Part shown: positions 15,187-16,261 of the stretch, one piece after another | Layout: each line of letters begins with the position of its first letter | How positions within the stretch are numbered: position 1 is the first letter of the stretch | Virus record (IMG/VR): IMGVR_UViG_2547132421_000009 | Reading direction: 5' to 3' (one strand) | Source of the DNA: a virus | Lineage: Duplodnaviria > Heunggongvirae > Uroviricota > Caudoviricetes | DNA: 16,261 nucleotides | The notes under the pieces: model-generated | What the model was told of the DNA's origin: nothing | Seen by the model: only the letters and a program-made list of their open reading frames with translations | Databases searched by the model: none | Program-made: the position numbers and the translations under genes

Positions 15187-15203
15187 CCATTAACGCGTAA
15201 ATG

Positions 15204-15220
15204 ATTGTTCTAATTCTTTG
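15204..15220 (+). promoter_or_regulatory. degenerate C1 operator-like 17-mer ATTGTTCTAATTCTTTG
   Basis: 12/17 match to the consensus with a substitution inside the conserved core; 17 bp upstream of the 15237 ORF. Confidence 0.35.
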
Positions 15221-15236
15221 ATATTTATGGTGACAT

Positions 15237-15548
15237 ATGAGAAAGGATTTCAACATCGACGGAAAATATGTAGTGCTGTCTGTAAGCACTAATATTCAGT
15301 CGCCAGCCGTCATTGTCACTGTAAAGCTGAGCGATAGAATGCCTGATATTGACTCAATATCCGTTGCGTTCCCTGTCAAAAGTATGCGTGGTGCTGAACA
15401 TTTCGTGATGAATGCCACCGAGGAAGAAGCACGGCGCGGTTTTGCTAAAGTAGTGTCTGACTTTGGCGAACTCTTGGATAAGGTTAACAATGTCCTTTCA
15501 ATCAGTTCAGCAAGGTCCAAAGCGTTAACAGCTTCCATGATGAAATAA
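15237..15548 (+). CDS. hypothetical protein (103 aa)
   Basis: ORF immediately downstream of cre (MRKDFNIDGKYVVLSVSTNIQSPAVIVTVKLSDRMPDIDSISVAFPVKSMRGAEHFVMNATEEEARRGFAKVVSDFGELLDKVNNVLSISSARSKALTASMMK). No family recognised. Confidence 0.5.
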   Translation: MRKDFNIDGKYVVLSVSTNIQSPAVIVTVKLSDRMPDIDSISVAFPVKSMRGAEHFVMNATEEEARRGFAKVVSDFGELLDKVNNVLSISSARSKALTASMMK

Positions 15549-15552
15549 AAAA

Positions 15553-15573
15553 AGCCTGGCAAGGAACCAGGCT
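15553..15573 (-). terminator. hairpin AGCCTGG-caaggaa-CCAGGCT with a T7 run on the minus strand (leftward terminator)
   Basis: 7-bp perfect stem; the plus strand shows AAAAAAA before the hairpin, which is TTTTTTT after it on the minus strand. No U-tract follows on the plus strand. Confidence 0.5.
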
Positions 15574-15675
15574 GCACAAAAGAGCGGGTTTGTGTTCCGC
15601 ATCCAATCAATCAGAAAGGAGTATAGCACATAGATACTAAAGTGAAAAAATGTGACTGAAGATAAACAATATAAC

Positions 15676-15699
15676 ATTGCTCTAATTGATTGTTATAAT
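15676..15699 (+). promoter_or_regulatory. C1 operator-like 17-mer ATTGCTCTAATTGATTG (15676-15692) overlapping a consensus TATAAT (15694-15699)
   Basis: 14/17 match to the operator consensus with the ATTGCTCTAAT core intact; perfect -10 hexamer 2 bp downstream; lies upstream of the serine recombinase-like gene. Confidence 0.55.
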
Positions 15700-15896
15700 T
15701 GAGCCGTGGCGTTAGTCAACTACGAAGACGTGGCCATTACCTACTTAACCAGTTCCGCCAGGGCAGCAGAGTAGGTTTCATCTCGGATGTACCATGCCTG
15801 CATGTTTTCCAGAGAAGCCCGCGAGGTTCCCGGACAGGACTCTGCCATTGCGATAGATTAAATGCAATAACCTAAAAGCGATAACGTGGTGGAAAA

Positions 15897-16261
15897 ATGT
15901 TCATCAGAGCTTATTTAAGGGCATCAACGGAAGATCAGTTTGCCGATCGGGCAAAAGAGATGCTGGGGCAGTTTGTTCAGGAGCGGGGACATAAAATAGC
16001 CAGTTACTACCGGGAGAGCATAAGCGGTACAAAACTCGACCGCCGGAACTGGGACGCTTACTGATGGACAGCCACCGCAATGATATTTTACTGGTCGAGC
16101 AAATTGACCGCCTGACCCGTCTGAGTAACAGTGACTGGATTACGCTGAAAAAGCAGATAGAACAACACGAACTGCGGATTGTCGCCTGGATGTATCCACC
16201 TCATGGCAGGCGCTGTCAGATAAAGACCCTTCGCAGGCTGACCCAATCACCCGCGCCGTGA
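15897..16261 (+). pseudogene. serine recombinase (resolvase/invertase family) N-terminal region, interrupted by two apparent single-base frame changes; continues beyond the window
   Basis: Frame 0: MFIRAYLRASTEDQFADRAKEMLGQFVQERGHKIASYYRESISGTKLDR then off-frame stop. Frame +2 (ORF 16064-16261): ...DILLVEQIDRLTRLSNSDWITLKKQIEQHELRIVA. Frame +1 continues LDVSTSWQALSDKDPSQADPITRAV... The catalytic STxDQ motif and the V..LDRL.R motif are typical of serine recombinases. Restoring one C at about 16048 (CGCCGG to CGCCCGG) and one at about 16186 (GCCTGG to GCCCTGG) gives a continuous protein. Confidence 0.65.

Noticed and set aside
1-16261. CRISPR arrays, tRNA or rRNA genes
   Set aside because: No regularly spaced direct repeats with unique spacers and no tRNA-like or rRNA-like sequence were seen on manual reading; a tRNAscan/Infernal run would be needed to exclude small RNAs formally.

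Overview
This window reads as a segment of a P1-like temperate phage or phage-plasmid, called from sequence and from memory of the P1 map; no database search was run. The firmest calls are a canonical 34-bp loxP site (13703-13736) with a full-length Cre recombinase 437 bp downstream, the C1 repressor and Coi on the minus strand, and the phd-doc addiction pair preceded by a LexA-box-controlled humD. At least six good copies of the asymmetric C1 operator 17-mer (ATTGCTCTAATAAATTT-like) sit in front of gene blocks. The left edge is an IS3-type insertion sequence (1-1230, minus orientation, cut by the window edge). Between the IS3 and humD lie about 7 kb of accessory genes I cannot assign to named P1 functions: a 420-aa coiled-coil protein, a HAD-like phosphatase, and an operator-fronted operon encoding a 28-aa hydrophobic peptide, an ASCH-domain protein, a fragmented PP-loop gene, a PD-(D/E)xK-like nuclease and two translationally coupled unknowns. 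Between doc and c1 there is a Cys/His-rich 348-aa protein and an operator-fronted antirepressor-like gene (ORF6N + KilA-C domains) convergent with c1; the lpa-pacA-pacB block I recall in P1 at this position is absent. Several conserved genes are broken by single-base frame changes (IS3 orfB, the PP-loop gene, a serine recombinase at the right edge) and one gene next to the LexA box carries an in-frame TAG; these are either real pseudogenes or assembly errors and need read-level checking. No rRNA, tRNA or CRISPR array was recognised.
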